From the NCBI GenBank assembly GCA_964016885.1, contig OZ024756.1:33604001-33668000 (forward strand): a stretch of DNA of 64,000 bases, written 5' to 3'. Below, one piece after another: positions 43,344-56,287 of the stretch. The position numbers and the translations under genes are program-made. Source of the DNA: Eledone cirrhosa (taxonomy: Eukaryota). The notes under the pieces are model-generated. The model was not told the DNA's origin and searched no databases. It saw only the letters and a program-made list of their open reading frames with translations. The first letter of the stretch is position 1. Every line of letters begins with the position of its first letter.

Positions 43344-44067
43344 ATTATTATATATCATAGATTTGTTTATAGAATGTTGTGATTAACTAAAACAAAAGTA
43401 ATAATTCATGGTTATTTTGCGAGGAAGTTAAAGATATATGTCAGTATAATCAACAAACGCATCTTTCTATGCTCTCATGACTCTTTTAAAAAGAGAGGGT
43501 GTTGCCCGAAATATATAAAGAAACAATTAAATATTTCCTAGAGATAACACAGAAATGTAAAAGTTGTTTATTTCTTCGTAGTGATTCAAAATTTTCTTGA
43601 GAGAAAAATCCACAAAACGTAATTGACATATATTGTTCACCAAATCATGTGATAATCATCATCACCACCACCACCACCACCATCATCATCACCACCACCA
43701 CTACCATCATTATCATCATCATCATCATCTTCATTATTATGCCTTATCCACGAAAGTATTTTAATATTTTCCTCTAAGCGGATTATTATGTCGTTAAAAT
43801 TAATAAGGGTGATGTTTTGGTTAGGTTTCTTAATTTTCAAAAATCACTTGATAGTAAAATTATAAATATAAAAAAAAATATATTTTTATTTAATCATATA
43901 ATCTGAAGGTGGGTTGGAAACTAATATAAGAAATTGATAAATTCTCGCGTGACGAGAAGATATTAAGAAGGTAGAACTAATTAAAAGATATCGAAATTAC
44001 AAATAAGCAAGGAAATAAAATAAGCAAGGAAAATACAAAGGATTCTTAGGATTATAATAATAATAAA

Positions 44068-44488
44068 GATGATGATGATGATGATGATGATGATGGTGAT
44101 GATGGTGATGGTGATGATGATGATGATGACATGATGGTGATATGATGATTATGATATGTTGGTGATGGAGAAGATGATGATGGTGATGATGGTGATGATG
44201 ATGATTATGATGATGATGAAATGATGGTGATGATGATGATAATGATGATGATGATGGTGATGGTGATGGTGATGGTGATGATGATGATGATGACATGATG
44301 GTGATATGATGATTATGATATGTTGGTGATGGAGAAGATGATGATGGTGATGATGGTGATGATGATGATTATGATGATTATGATGATGATGAGATGATGG
44401 TGATGATGATGATAATGATGATGATGATGATGATGATGGTGATGGTGATGGTATTGATGATAGCAATAATAATAATGATAATAATAAT
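44068..44488. repeat. (GAT/GGT)n compound microsatellite with higher-order duplication
   Basis: The block gacatgatggtgatatgatgattatgatatgttggtgatggagaagatg occurs twice (~44128 and ~44292). Confidence 0.93.
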
Positions 44489-44595
44489 GGTTTCTGGTTT
44501 AGGTTCAAGGCCAACAATTTTTTTAAGGGAGGGGAAAGTCGAATAAATGGAAGACCTCAGTGCATTACTGGTACTTTATTTTATCGATCCTGTAT

Positions 44596-44843
44596 GGTGG
44601 TGGGGTGGCAGTAGGTGGAGGGGATGGTGGTTGTGTGTGGGAAGGATGGGGAGGGGGATATCGTGGGGAGGGGGTGAATGTGGGGGAGGGGGAGGGGTTG
44701 GATGGTGTGTGGAGGGTGATGAGGAGGATGAGGTGGATGGTGTGTGGAGGGGGATGTGGAGGAGGAAGATGAGGAGAGGGGGTGGGGGAGATGATGATGA
44801 TGATGATGATGAGGAGGAGGAGGAGGAGGAGGAGGAGGAGGAT
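44596..44843 (+). repeat. G-rich low-complexity tract ending in (GAT)n(GAG)n
   Basis: Many GG/GGG/GGGG runs on the + strand. Confidence 0.9.
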
Positions 44844-44952
44844 ATTTAACAGTGTAACAGAAATAAATATTTGATTATGTATATTCCTTCAATAGACTCC
44901 GGATAAACTGGGATACATTTTACTGTAATAACTGACGTTATAATATATTCTA

Positions 44953-45085
44953 GAGTTACATCCCTTTACGATCTGAGTTCAAATCCCGCCGAGGTTAACT
45001 TTGCCTTTCATCCATACGGGGTCGATAAAATAAAGTACCAGTAATGTACTGGGTATTTGCTGGTCTTGTGCCAAAAGTAGAAACA
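44953..45085 (+). mobile_element. SINE family A, 5'-truncated, 16-bp TSD
   Basis: TSD gttataatatattcta at 44937-44952 and 45086-45101. Confidence 0.95.
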
Positions 45086-45419
45086 GTTATAATATATTCT
45101 ATACAATGGGTTCTTATTTTACATATTTTAGAAATACGAAGTTACGTAAATAACCTCATATATTTAAAATATGGCGGCGATTGAAAATTTGAAATTGAAT
45201 TCGAAGCTTTCGCCGTATTTTGACTACAGATAATAGTCTAATAACAGGGCATATAAGCCACCATAAAAGACCCCCTACCTGCTGTTAATCGGTCTGCTAC
45301 ACATATCCGGATAATAACGGGTCTGGGTTCGATTCCCTCTCTCATTCTGATGCCCATTTTAACTCCGTTATGATGGAATATATGTTCTGTTTTCCTGTTA
45401 TTATATTATTTTTTGTGGT

Positions 45420-45602
45420 GGTTGATTGGCAGTATCGGTAGAGGGTCGGACGCCATGCTTTGCAGCATAGTGTTACGGCCCTTTATGATCTGAGTTCAAA
45501 TTCCGCCGAGGTTAACTTTGCCTTTCATCCTTACGGGGTCGATAAAATGAAGTACCAGTAATGTACTTGATAATTGCTGGCCTTGTGCCAAAAGTAGTAA
45601 CA
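45420..45602 (+). mobile_element. SINE family A, 20-bp TSD
   Basis: TSD attatattattttttgtggt at 45400-45419 and 45603-45622. Confidence 0.95.
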
Positions 45603-46933
45603 ATTATATTATTTTTTGTGGTAAACATACGGGGAAAACTTTTTATTCAATTTCAAATAGTTATATATTTTACAATTGTTTACGATGTTTTTCAAACACG
45701 AAAATATATTTAAAAAACATTTCTCCATTTTCAAACATATTAATAAACATACTCAGAACGTTGTAGTAGATAAGGCAGACAACTCAAAAACAACAACATT
45801 ATAGTTTATAATGTGGTGTTTCACCTCTCTACGGGAGTATAATTTTAATGAAATATATATTGTAAAAAAATTTGTTTAAACTTTCTTTGATCTTAAAATA
45901 CTGTTTGTTCTACATAATTGATCATTCTAAATATATAGAGGGACAATGTATTTCTATATTCTACAACCTCTCGTAGTTGAAAGAACAGACATATAACCAA
46001 AACAATCACAATACATGCCCCCAGTATCTGCCTTGTGGTCTCAGACTGAACATATTGATTTTACAAGATCAAGAGGAGTGACAATCAAGTATTAAACTCT
46101 AGGAAAATATTATTCAAAGGCAGAATATATATGATTACATATTATGATTTGGACCTCCATTGGTTCCAACGACGATTGCTCTAGTTGTTTGATCAGTGAA
46201 TCAGCCTGCTATTGAAGTGAACGCCCAAATAGCTGTGCACTCCATAGACACTTGTACCATAAAGGTAGTACTAGATGCCTTTGAGATACATTTAAACTTT
46301 CAAATGCTTTGTTCAAAACAATATACACATATTATTGTGTTTCAATCCTTCTTTAAATAAAAAGATTTCTCTGATATGATTGTTATTGACACTTTATAAC
46401 AATCTGTGAGTTAGCAATTGAAACATAACACATGGGAAGATTCATTAAAACGGAACAAGTCTTTGTTATCGGAAAAGCACAGGAAGCAAGCACTGATTAA
46501 AGGCAAGGTTGATCTCCACAGGATTTGAAAACAGCTGAACAAGTGGTGTAAAGTATCCTATCTAATGCTTCGATGCTCAAACGAGTCGGCCAATTCGCTG
46601 TTGTGGGTAGATTATATGCACAGGAAATTACACTAATTTCAATAACATAGACCCAAGATTTATACAGCTACTGATAAATCCATTTCTGAAAATTATAGAT
46701 CAGCAGTTCTTTCAAATGTGATTAGCAGTGAGGTAAATACAACTCAAGGTGGCGAATGGGAAGATTCGTTGGAACATTGAAGAGAATCCTTTGCACTATT
46801 CGTTTCGGCCCACTGTTCTCTGATTTCAAATCCCACCGATGTCAATTTTCTTTTTATTCATTCGAGGTCGATAAAACAATGTACCAGTCACATACTAAGG
46901 TTGATCTTTTCTCTGTATCCCTCTCATTTTTAC

Positions 46934-47181
46934 ATTCTCTCACTCTCTATCCTTCTCTGGAAGAAAGCCGCTGCATTCAGACAGGGGGAGGGGAGATGGG
47001 CGCCACCGGGTTTTAAAAATACCCTAGAAAAGCCGTAGGCCAAGATGGCGCCCCTCCGATTCTCTCACTCTCCATCCTTCTCTGGTAGAAATCCGCAGTA
47101 TTCAGACAGGGGGAGCAGAAATGCGCCACCGGGTTTTAAAAATACACTAGAAAAGCCGTATGTCAACACGGCGCCCCTACA
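46934..47181 (+). repeat. Tandem pair of ~125-bp GC-richer units
   Basis: Units 46934-47058 and 47059-47181 share attctctcactct..atccttctctgg...gcgccaccggg...tagaaaagccgta...ggcgcccct. Confidence 0.92.
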
Positions 47182-48661
47182 ATTTCCTCAGGGGTTACGG
47201 GATCAAAGGAAGAAGAAAAATAAAAGACGAGATACAACCCTCGCTGATATATTTGCTAAGAAGTATAGTGGAAAAAAATAATATATTTACTGGTATAAAC
47301 GTTAATGGCAACGGATGATAACTGGTCAAAACTGTCGAAAGAATTGTATAATTATAAAATAATTAAAATAAGTAGCAGCTAGAATGTTGTAATTAAAGCT
47401 GGACTAATCCAAATTTACAGAAAAACAACATACAATAAGACTAATAAAAACTTGCAAATATCGAAATAGTTGTCAGACAAGGATTAGGAATGATATATTA
47501 TGTTTTGGACCTTCATCGATTTCGGCGATGAAAATTCCAGATTGTTTATCATACCAATATTAATGCCACGTCTTCTATTATGTATATATAAAATAACCTA
47601 AGAAACACGACACACGCCAAGGATATAACATCCTTTAGATAAAAGAAACAATAAAAATATGAGTAATGCAGGTAAATTATGCAGAATGACTGAACCCTTT
47701 TAAAAATTAATTGGATTTCGCCTGTGCTATCCTTTCTAGCAGCACACCTGGATAGTTGAGATGCCATCCGCCATCAAAATCTACGGTACCAGATTCATGG
47801 GACGTCTATGAGGGACAACTAGCTGGTAACATCTGACCCACTATAGTAGTTCCTGCCCCTTACCTGTAAGGGTTGTAACGCTACAGTTGCTAGTGGACTC
47901 CTTTGGGGTCCTGGGATACGCAATATTTGTGTGTATGCCAAGCCCTTCGTGATATGTCACACGGTCAGGTCCTTCTAATTAAGTCCTGAATGCATCTATT
48001 GTTTTCCTGTTCAACGAGCAATGATATGTAATTGCTTTTGTTGAATCAGACCATACTGTAGCTTTTGGCGGTCAATTTAGCGCCGGTCATAAATTGGGGG
48101 GTTTTTTTCAGACCCGCAAAAACTAGGCTTCTATAGAGGCGGCTTTGGTTGTGGTATTTTTCTCGGGAAAAGACAGTGATACCCATTGCACTACCTCCGC
48201 TAATAGTATAGTCTTGTTCCAGAATTTCTTACTCGTCCGGCAAAAGCCTACTTATATAGCAACTAGCCAACATATCTGCTGTGATGCTTTCCTGCTTCCG
48301 TGATTCGTACTCATGCCGAGAAGAGAATTTTCGCTTTAAAATTATAATAGAATAAATAAATGTGATCATATATTTTCACTGACAGACATTTGTGTCTAGC
48401 ACTATATACTATAAGACGTATGTAAAACATGATAAGTATAAGTAAGCCAGTATTAGCAAACATTCACTGAATAAATAATCCAGAAATATGAAACATGTGG
48501 TAAGTATATTAACAGGTAATAGAACATATGACATCAGTATATATCAAACTACATAAAACGTCGACATAAATATTGCACAAAGAAAGAACTCTCAGTGTGC
48601 TTAGTTGACCTGCAAGTATTACCAACCAAATCTCCTCAAATCACACTCTGCTCTCTTAAAA

Positions 48662-48884
48662 ATAATTGTTTCTTATATAGGCACAAGGCCAACAATTTTC
48701 TGGGGGAGGGCAAAGCCGATTAAACCGACCCCAGTGCATTACTGGTACTTTATTTTGTCGACCCCGTAAGGATGAAAGGCAAAGTTAACCTCAGCGGGAT
48801 TTGAACTCAGAATGTAAAGGGCCGTAACTCTATGCCATAAAGTATGTTGTCCGATGCTTTACCGATACAGCCATTCCACTGCCG
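48662..48884 (-). mobile_element. SINE family A, long-3' variant
   Basis: Family pattern including the ggtcg.tttaatcg.cttt.ccctcccc segment. Confidence 0.9.
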
Positions 48885-48986
48885 TCCTAGTATATTATAT
48901 ATAATGCGATAATAGAATATCTATTAGAATATCACATGAATACAAGGCGGCAACATATATATTTATATCTGTAAACAAGAAACATT

Positions 48987-49366
48987 ATATAGCCATGACC
49001 ACAGACGCAGACGTATTCAGGCGACAGCTTGTACTAGTTGAGCTAACAACTGCCTTAGAAGACAGAACGAAGAAGAGAAGGCAAAGCAGATGAAGAGGGA
49101 AAAGTACCAGGAATTGGTGAAAGACTGTAACAGGAATGAGTTGAGGACATGCAAGCATGCCAATGGAGGTTGGCAGCCGAATGTCCGTAGTTTGTTCACA
49201 TAGCAAAGCATAGGGATCTCTGGGATTTAACGGGTACAAGCAAACCTGTAGCCACCAGAAAGGACATCTAAATTGGTATGTCTGAAGAGAAGTAACTGGG
49301 TGTGTCAGTAGTACGTACGCCACTTGTATATAGAGGTTTGAACAACCTCGGTTGAATCGCCTGGAT
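48987..49366 (+). pseudogene. Restriction-like endonuclease (RLE) domain remnant of a HERO/R2-group LINE
   Basis: Frameshifted translation RQLVLVELTTALEDR / AKQMKREKYQELVKDCNRN / MPMEVGSR...SKA*GSLG matches the ELT.P.E...K..KY..L...P.EVG.RG pattern. A SINE B fragment follows. Confidence 0.8.
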
Positions 49367-49440
49367 GAAAAACTCAGTCACTCAAGGATATATTGTTGTT
49401 AAAAAAGGATCGATCGACTTTTGTCAAATCGGACCGAGGA

Positions 49441-49614
49441 AACAATGTTTCCATGGGTCTTTTCAGTTGCTAATACTATCTATCGGTCGCAACTCCAGGT
49501 AGAAGGAGCAACGTGAAATAAAGTGTCTTGCTCAAGGACATAACGCATCCCCGGTCCAGGAATCGAACTCACAACCTCCAGATTGTGAATCCAATTCTCT
49601 TACCACACGCCTTC
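49441..49614 (-). mobile_element. SINE family B
   Basis: gcaacgtgaaataaagtgtcttgctcaagga...ggaatcgaactcacaacc. Confidence 0.85.
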
Positions 49615-49982
49615 ATTGATGTTAATGTGTCCAAAATGTTGCATCCAAAGATGTACAAAGAACTTAAACATGTATTGTAATTCCTGTTGTTTAAGTTAAC
49701 GTATCTTCAATATATATATATAGGGTGAAACTTTAAATAATATATGTACTCTTAGAAAATTGACAATACTGCCTCTCTTACAAGGGAAGTAACACATTGC
49801 AAACATAAATGTCATTTATGTTTCCGAGATTTATCAGGTACTGACACCTCTTTATTTTACTGCCAGATGCTTGCAGGTTTTCTACTACAGTAGAGAACTG
49901 TCATAAAATTCAAGGAAGAGAATAACTTCCTATTTACTCCATGAAAATGAAACATTTCAGCATTGGTATTGGGTTCTCTATC

Positions 49983-50056
49983 TGTTGCACATCCTCCACA
50001 AAATCAAAGATACATATATATATATGTATCTTTGATTTTGTGGAGGATGTGCAACA
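49983..50056. repeat. Perfect 74-bp palindrome centred on (AT)6
   Basis: 31-bp arms tgttgcacatcctccacaaaatcaaagatac / gtatctttgattttgtggaggatgtgcaaca. Confidence 0.97.
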
Positions 50057-51961
50057 AGCAAATATTTTTATAACTGATATAAAGCACTCAACAAATTATT
50101 GGAGTAAAAATACAATATCCGGGAGCTTCCAACCGACATGGTCGCATTCTTTAAGGGTATGTTAATATTTGTTTATAAAACTGATCTAGATTATATTTTA
50201 TCTGATGAAAGCGCATCATAATTTGCTTTGGTTTTATAAATATAGTTTCCATTTGTTAATATATTAAGAAACACACGCACCAGTTGCTTTCACTTCAATT
50301 TATTATAAATTAAATGTGTTACATCTGGGTGTCTGTGTGTTTTTATTTGTTTATTTATTTGTTTATTTACATGTTACTAGTTAGTTGTTTGTTCTATGTG
50401 TGTGTGTTTTCATTTTATCCTTAGTTGTGAGTTGTGATGTTACTATTCCATTCATATTTTCTATTTAATTTTGGTTGGAGTTCATTTATGTTTATTGCCT
50501 CTGTGATCTTTCTAAACATTGCGTCTTTTCTGTGTGTAGATTTTATTTTTATTTCTGTGTTCTCTAATTTGTGGAGTACTGATGAGTCTTTTCTATATAT
50601 ATATATGTGTGTGTGTGTATTTTATAGATATTTCCATATTGTACTTCTACGAAGATTTGTCTTTAGTCAAATACCTAACACGAACCTAGCCATCTCCTTC
50701 TTAGACAAACCACACAAATATTAGTATATTTCGTACATATGTTTCGACTAGTGTAAATTGTTTTTGCCTTCGGATCAATGTATTTACTAAAAGCAGCAAT
50801 GAGTTAAGTGACATTAACTGACATGAAGTGCGAATCTAAACCGGCCTTTGAGCTAATTGAATGGTCTAATCATTTTTCTTCCACGTCGCGCTTAGATAGG
50901 ATGAACTGTTTAGCCTCTTCTCAACTCTCATAAAATTCCCTCTCAAATACTAAAGGAAACACATGCTCAAACATCCTGTTACCTTTCTCCCAATAAGTAA
51001 GTAGTTTCCTTTACCTGCCAGGAATCAATATACGCCTAGGAATAAAAACAATATTCTATCGTTTGACATGTAATTAAAAACAAACGAAATAAGGAAAACA
51101 AACAGCTAAATATGATTTAGAATTTTGTATTACACTTTTGTATATCCTAGCAGAAATTACTAGACTGCTGGGGAAAAAAATGATTAAAACTTCTAGAAGT
51201 TTTCATATAATGAAATTTATATAGCTTATGTTTTACTTACTAAGTTTCTTCTCTTTTCTTAAAATATTAGCTCTGGCGTGAACAGTTTCGGATGCTTCTT
51301 CTATATAATCACAAAATTGAATTATGAAACTACAGTCTATAATATTATTCACACCCATAAGTTAAGATTTTCAATCTACAACAATACAATTGTTAAATCA
51401 AAATATAAACCATATGTAAATGTAAATTTAATTTACATTGTTTTCAATTATTAAATATACAGAAAAGACTTAGAAATGAAATTTAGAGAACATAATTTAG
51501 TAATTTCTTGTGAAGATTTCCCATCGAAGTTTAGGATTGCATTAACCGTCATAATTCTTTACATCTATACCTTCTCAAAATATTTAGTATGGATAATATT
51601 AGTCAATAAGATTTCATATATTTTTTATTGTATATTCACAGTAAATTCAATTCAATTGAATATATATACAATATATAATTGCATCCTCTCAGAATGAAAT
51701 AATTTTATATTAGATCTGCAAAATCTTAGATGTCAGTTCAGAATCTTAATTTATATAATGGCAGAGATATTATGATACCATATTCGTTGGCAAAGCTTAG
51801 TTTCTAAGTTTATAAAAATTGTTATCTGTATATTAGGATTCATTCAATTATGTTTATCTATTTAGCTCTAGCTCTTCACCTATCTCACTCTCTCCATTAG
51901 TGATACACACCCACACAGCCACACAGCCTCCCCCATATATATATATATATATATATGTAAG

Positions 51962-51999
<38 letters not shown>

Positions 52000-52001
52000 C
52001 T

Positions 52002-52095
<94 letters not shown>

Positions 52096-53559
52096 TACAC
52101 ATATATATTATTTATATTAACAGTGTCTTCTTTCCGTATTAACAGCAGTTTCAAAGAACGTCCATTTCATTCTTCCAAGATCAATAAAATAAAGTATTAG
52201 TCAAGTAATTGCGTCCACATAATCGACTTCCCCATCTCCCAACATTGCTGGCCTTGTGCTAATATTACTGTCTATTATGGGCAGAGAAAACAACACACTT
52301 GTTGGAAGTACCGCACGCATTAGATTTCAGGCTGTTAACCATGAATTAAAACGTTCGGCTATGACAGGAAATGTAGTTCATTAGAGGAGACACAGTCCAG
52401 ACAATAACCTCTGTACTGTCTTCGTTTCTCCTGATATTCTATAGCTGCTGATATCCTCCGTAAAGACGGTGGACAACTTGAGGACGGAGCCCCGTGAGAT
52501 GAAGTGGTTGTTGCCGTGTTTGTTTCTTGCCATTCTATGCAGTAACCTTTTTACTATTTTCTCCGCGAGGCGCGGCTGAACCACCGCTCCGACTTCAGTG
52601 TAGTGTCTGTCCCTTTCCCCCTTTCGCTTTCTTTCTCCGCTTGATCCTTCTTTCTTTCTCTCCTATTGATTTGATTCTCTCTTTTTTCTTCTGTTCTCTT
52701 TAGTACTGTGTTTTATTTTTATTAGATACTGCTAAAGTATGGTTATATAATATCAACGACCTTTCATGACATTGGTAGATTTTGAATATTCAATAAATTA
52801 TTAATCTTTCTATAACTTTGTGTTTATAAACTATTCCCCTTACCTAAAGTTCCCAAGATATGATACTGAAACTATTGAATTGAGAGGCTAATTGATCCCA
52901 ATACGATATATATTTAAGAGCATTGGTTTTGAAATGATTCTTTTGAAGTGTTTGTAGGACCAGAAATAGAATCTTATATAATCCTTGGTTTCCTTTCACA
53001 TCATTTGAATATCAATTGTCAGGTGACATGATCCAACAGTCTCTCCTGTTAATATGTTATACATGTCAGACAACACATTTGAAGAACACAACTCTTGCCC
53101 TGATCCCCGTCTTTACATCCAAAATACAATTAATATTTTTTGTGTTTACTAATGGTATAAAACTATGTTTCTCGGATGACCACTATGTTTCAACTTACAT
53201 CACCAAATACGTCACAGAAGGACCTAATGGGATTCAGACTGTATTATGTCAAAGCATTATATATGTACATAACATGGTCTAGGACTAAAATGAAATAATA
53301 GACAATATGACACCGTTGAATGTACAAGACTTAGAGTCTTTCAATTCTCAGGCATATGACACATAACTAAATAGAGCTTAACATGCTTCAACATGAGTGT
53401 GCTACATTGACCAGATTTATCTTTCCACAATCATCAGATCTTTCCCTTCAAGAGAATACAGTGTATCAATTGGCGACAGAAATTAATGTAAAACATATTA
53501 AAATATAGATTTGCATTTTTATATAGTTATATTCGTCAATATGATATGTTTCCTATCAT

Positions 53560-53880
53560 TTGAAGGCTAAAATCTTTGATAATTACATCCTACCAGTTGT
53601 GTTATATGATCTTGATTGTGTTAATTGGACGACAAAGTCACTTCAGCAGCTCTCTACATTCCAGAACCACATCATGAGACTTATGACAGGCAAGCGGCTC
53701 AGCGACCGTATCTGTATTAGTGAGCTGCTCAACATTACCAAACTTAGACGAATTACATCAATTGTCAAGTTAAGAGTATTCAAACTATACGGTCATATAA
53801 AAAAGATCAACTCGTGGTGTGAGTAGGTTATGCCTGGAAGGAAGGTTGGCTTGTAAGAGCAGCAGAGGCCATCTTCTGGT
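53560..53880 (+). pseudogene. RTE-like LINE ORF fragment, C-terminal to the RT core
   Basis: LKAKIFDNYILPVVLY..D..NWT....QLSTFQNHIMR...KLYGHIK, then frameshifted LCLEGR....SRG. Confidence 0.85.
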
Positions 53881-56095
53881 GATCGAACTTTGTGGACAAA
53901 AATATCTCATGTTGATGCGCAGTCTGCACCTGGCGGAGTTTAGCGTCACAAGAAGAATGTTTATCTAATGATTATGCTAAACACGAAAGGAATGAACACG
54001 GCGTCAGAAACATCAGCTCATTCTATTTCATATGTATTTTTAACACACAGAATGATACTAATCAAATCATATGTATGTAAGACGATTGACGTTGGCCAGT
54101 GGACTTAATTATATGCTACTACGTTTAAATTAAGTTATGTTGCTATTATTTATCCGAACAATATCATTAAATATTTTGTTGACACGTATTTCTGAGTTTG
54201 CATTTGGCATAGCAATTTTCGTATTGTTTATTATTAAAGGTAATTCCTATGAGTGTATTAATGTAAAGCAACCATTTCCTCCCCCTTGTATATTCTAAAC
54301 AAATGAAATGCATTCCATGAAGATCTGTTTCCACTCCACTATCTAGTTACCGCATTATTATAAGTGAATAAATTTTGTGCCATCCAAATTTATAAAACAT
54401 ATCGAGTTTTCGTCTACCTCCATCTCTTATTTACACACGACGAAAGCGCATTATTAATTTTAACTCAAATGTTAAACCTCCCCACTCAATATAGATTTCC
54501 GATTGAATATATTACGACCGTAATTTAAGTATTTAAATTTCAACCTGAGACGAATACTGACACCATAAATACAAATAAAATGTTACTTGCTTTAAATCTT
54601 TGTAGCAATTCTTGTAATGTTCGTACACTTTCGTTTATCATTGGTAAAGTTCCTCGCTACTAAATCGCACGGGAATTCATGTTTCCTTACTTTCCTTACT
54701 TTAGGAATATTGTCGTATATGAACCGTATTGATATATCTTTTCCCGATAGTATTATGAATGCTAAGGCTATGATTGAAGATGTGCACTATTTAACGTTGT
54801 AAATGTCATTGCACTTTAAGGTAAGTAATAATTAAATTTAAACATGGTGTACTAGATGCGATTTACTTCAAGTAATATAATTGCATTTAATTTATATAAT
54901 TGTGTTTAGAACATTGTAAGTCTATACTACTATTGGCTGACACGATGCTTCATTCCTGTTTGCCGCCGGCGTAATATTTTCAGGCAAGCACTAAGAATAT
55001 CGGTTTCTCTATCGTTTGCATGAACGACACCTGAGGTAATATGGTAAATAAGAAAAATTCGAAATTGTGGCTTCAATATCAAATTAAATATGAAGGTGAA
55101 CTTCGCTGAAACCACGAAAATAAATCAACTCGTGTCTTGCTATCGTCTTATCACGAGATCGGCAATTTTTATCTAAGCAGAAAGTATATTATTTGGAGTT
55201 ATATTGCTCATAAGATTTCGTCAGAGGAATAGGTTATAACTAAATTATTTTCCAGAAAAATTAGTTTTAATATTAGGTTCTTCTGGGATTTCTTCAACGT
55301 GTTTGATAAGTTTTGTGCAGAGAGCAGTGATAAAAGGTCTGTTTGTTAAATATTTAATTTACTAAGGTCTACATACTAAATATATCAGCCTCAGGAGGAT
55401 GGAAATGTTAGGACTGAATGGAATGTTTTACCAGTACTTTATATATATAACTTATGTGGTTTTGAAATATATATGTATCATATGAGCGGTGCAATACTGT
55501 GTAGATGGTTGAGGAAGAATTACGTAGTTCTATTTGATAGAGTTCACCCATGATTGATTCTATTAAACAGTCAGAAAATCTTATAAAGGTGGAATGGTAT
55601 CTAAGCTGGCTGTATTAAGCAGATAATCACATACATAATTGCATCACCAGTCATGTTTAATTAACTTCAATATCTTCAATGACGACGAGGTATTTGATTA
55701 ATATCTTTGCGATTACAAGGTCAGATACTATGATTCCAGAGCAATTGAAATGCAATTCTGCTATGTCCCACTTCTATCCTCTCATTGCTGATATATGCTA
55801 TGAAAGCAATGTGATCGGCAATTCATTAACACACCTACAATTAGAATATCAAGGAAAGCTTCTCTCCTCAATAATCCCAATACCCTGGTCACATGGTTAA
55901 ACTAATGAATCGTGGCTTCAGCTAGGATCTCTAAGACGTTTCATTCTTCAACGGTGTCCACATTTAGGGTCTTGTATATCTCATACACACTTTCTCTTAA
56001 ATCTAGGTAATGTTGCTGTTATTTTAAACATGTACACGGTCCTACAACTATTTCTGCTATATCATTCATAACTATACTATACTTATTTTTTAATA

Positions 56096-56287
56096 TAATT
56101 GTTTCTACTTTTGGCACAAGGCCAGTAATTACCCCAGTGCATTACTGGTACTTTATTTTATCGACCCCATAAGGATGAAAGGCAAAATTAACTTCGGTGG
56201 GATTTGAATTCAGACCTTAAAGAGCCGTAACTTTATGCTGCAAAGCATGGCGTCCGGCCCTCTATCGATACTGCCAATCCACCAGCC
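56096..56287 (-). mobile_element. SINE family A, full length
   Basis: Family pattern; imperfect TSD cttatttt(t/c)taa(t/c)ataat. Confidence 0.93.

Noticed and set aside
43997-44849. Poly-His, poly-Ser and poly-Gly/Glu ORFs
   Set aside because: Triplet-repeat and low-complexity artefacts.
50198-50240. CTGATGA + AAGC/GCTT stem; also CTGATGAGTC at 50579
   Set aside because: GAAA half missing or disrupted; may be decayed HHRs but not supportable.
52381-52700. GC-richer minus-strand basic ORF; similar islands at 3150-3300 and 47760-48330
   Set aside because: Probably LINE ORF remnants, but no diagnostic motif is visible.
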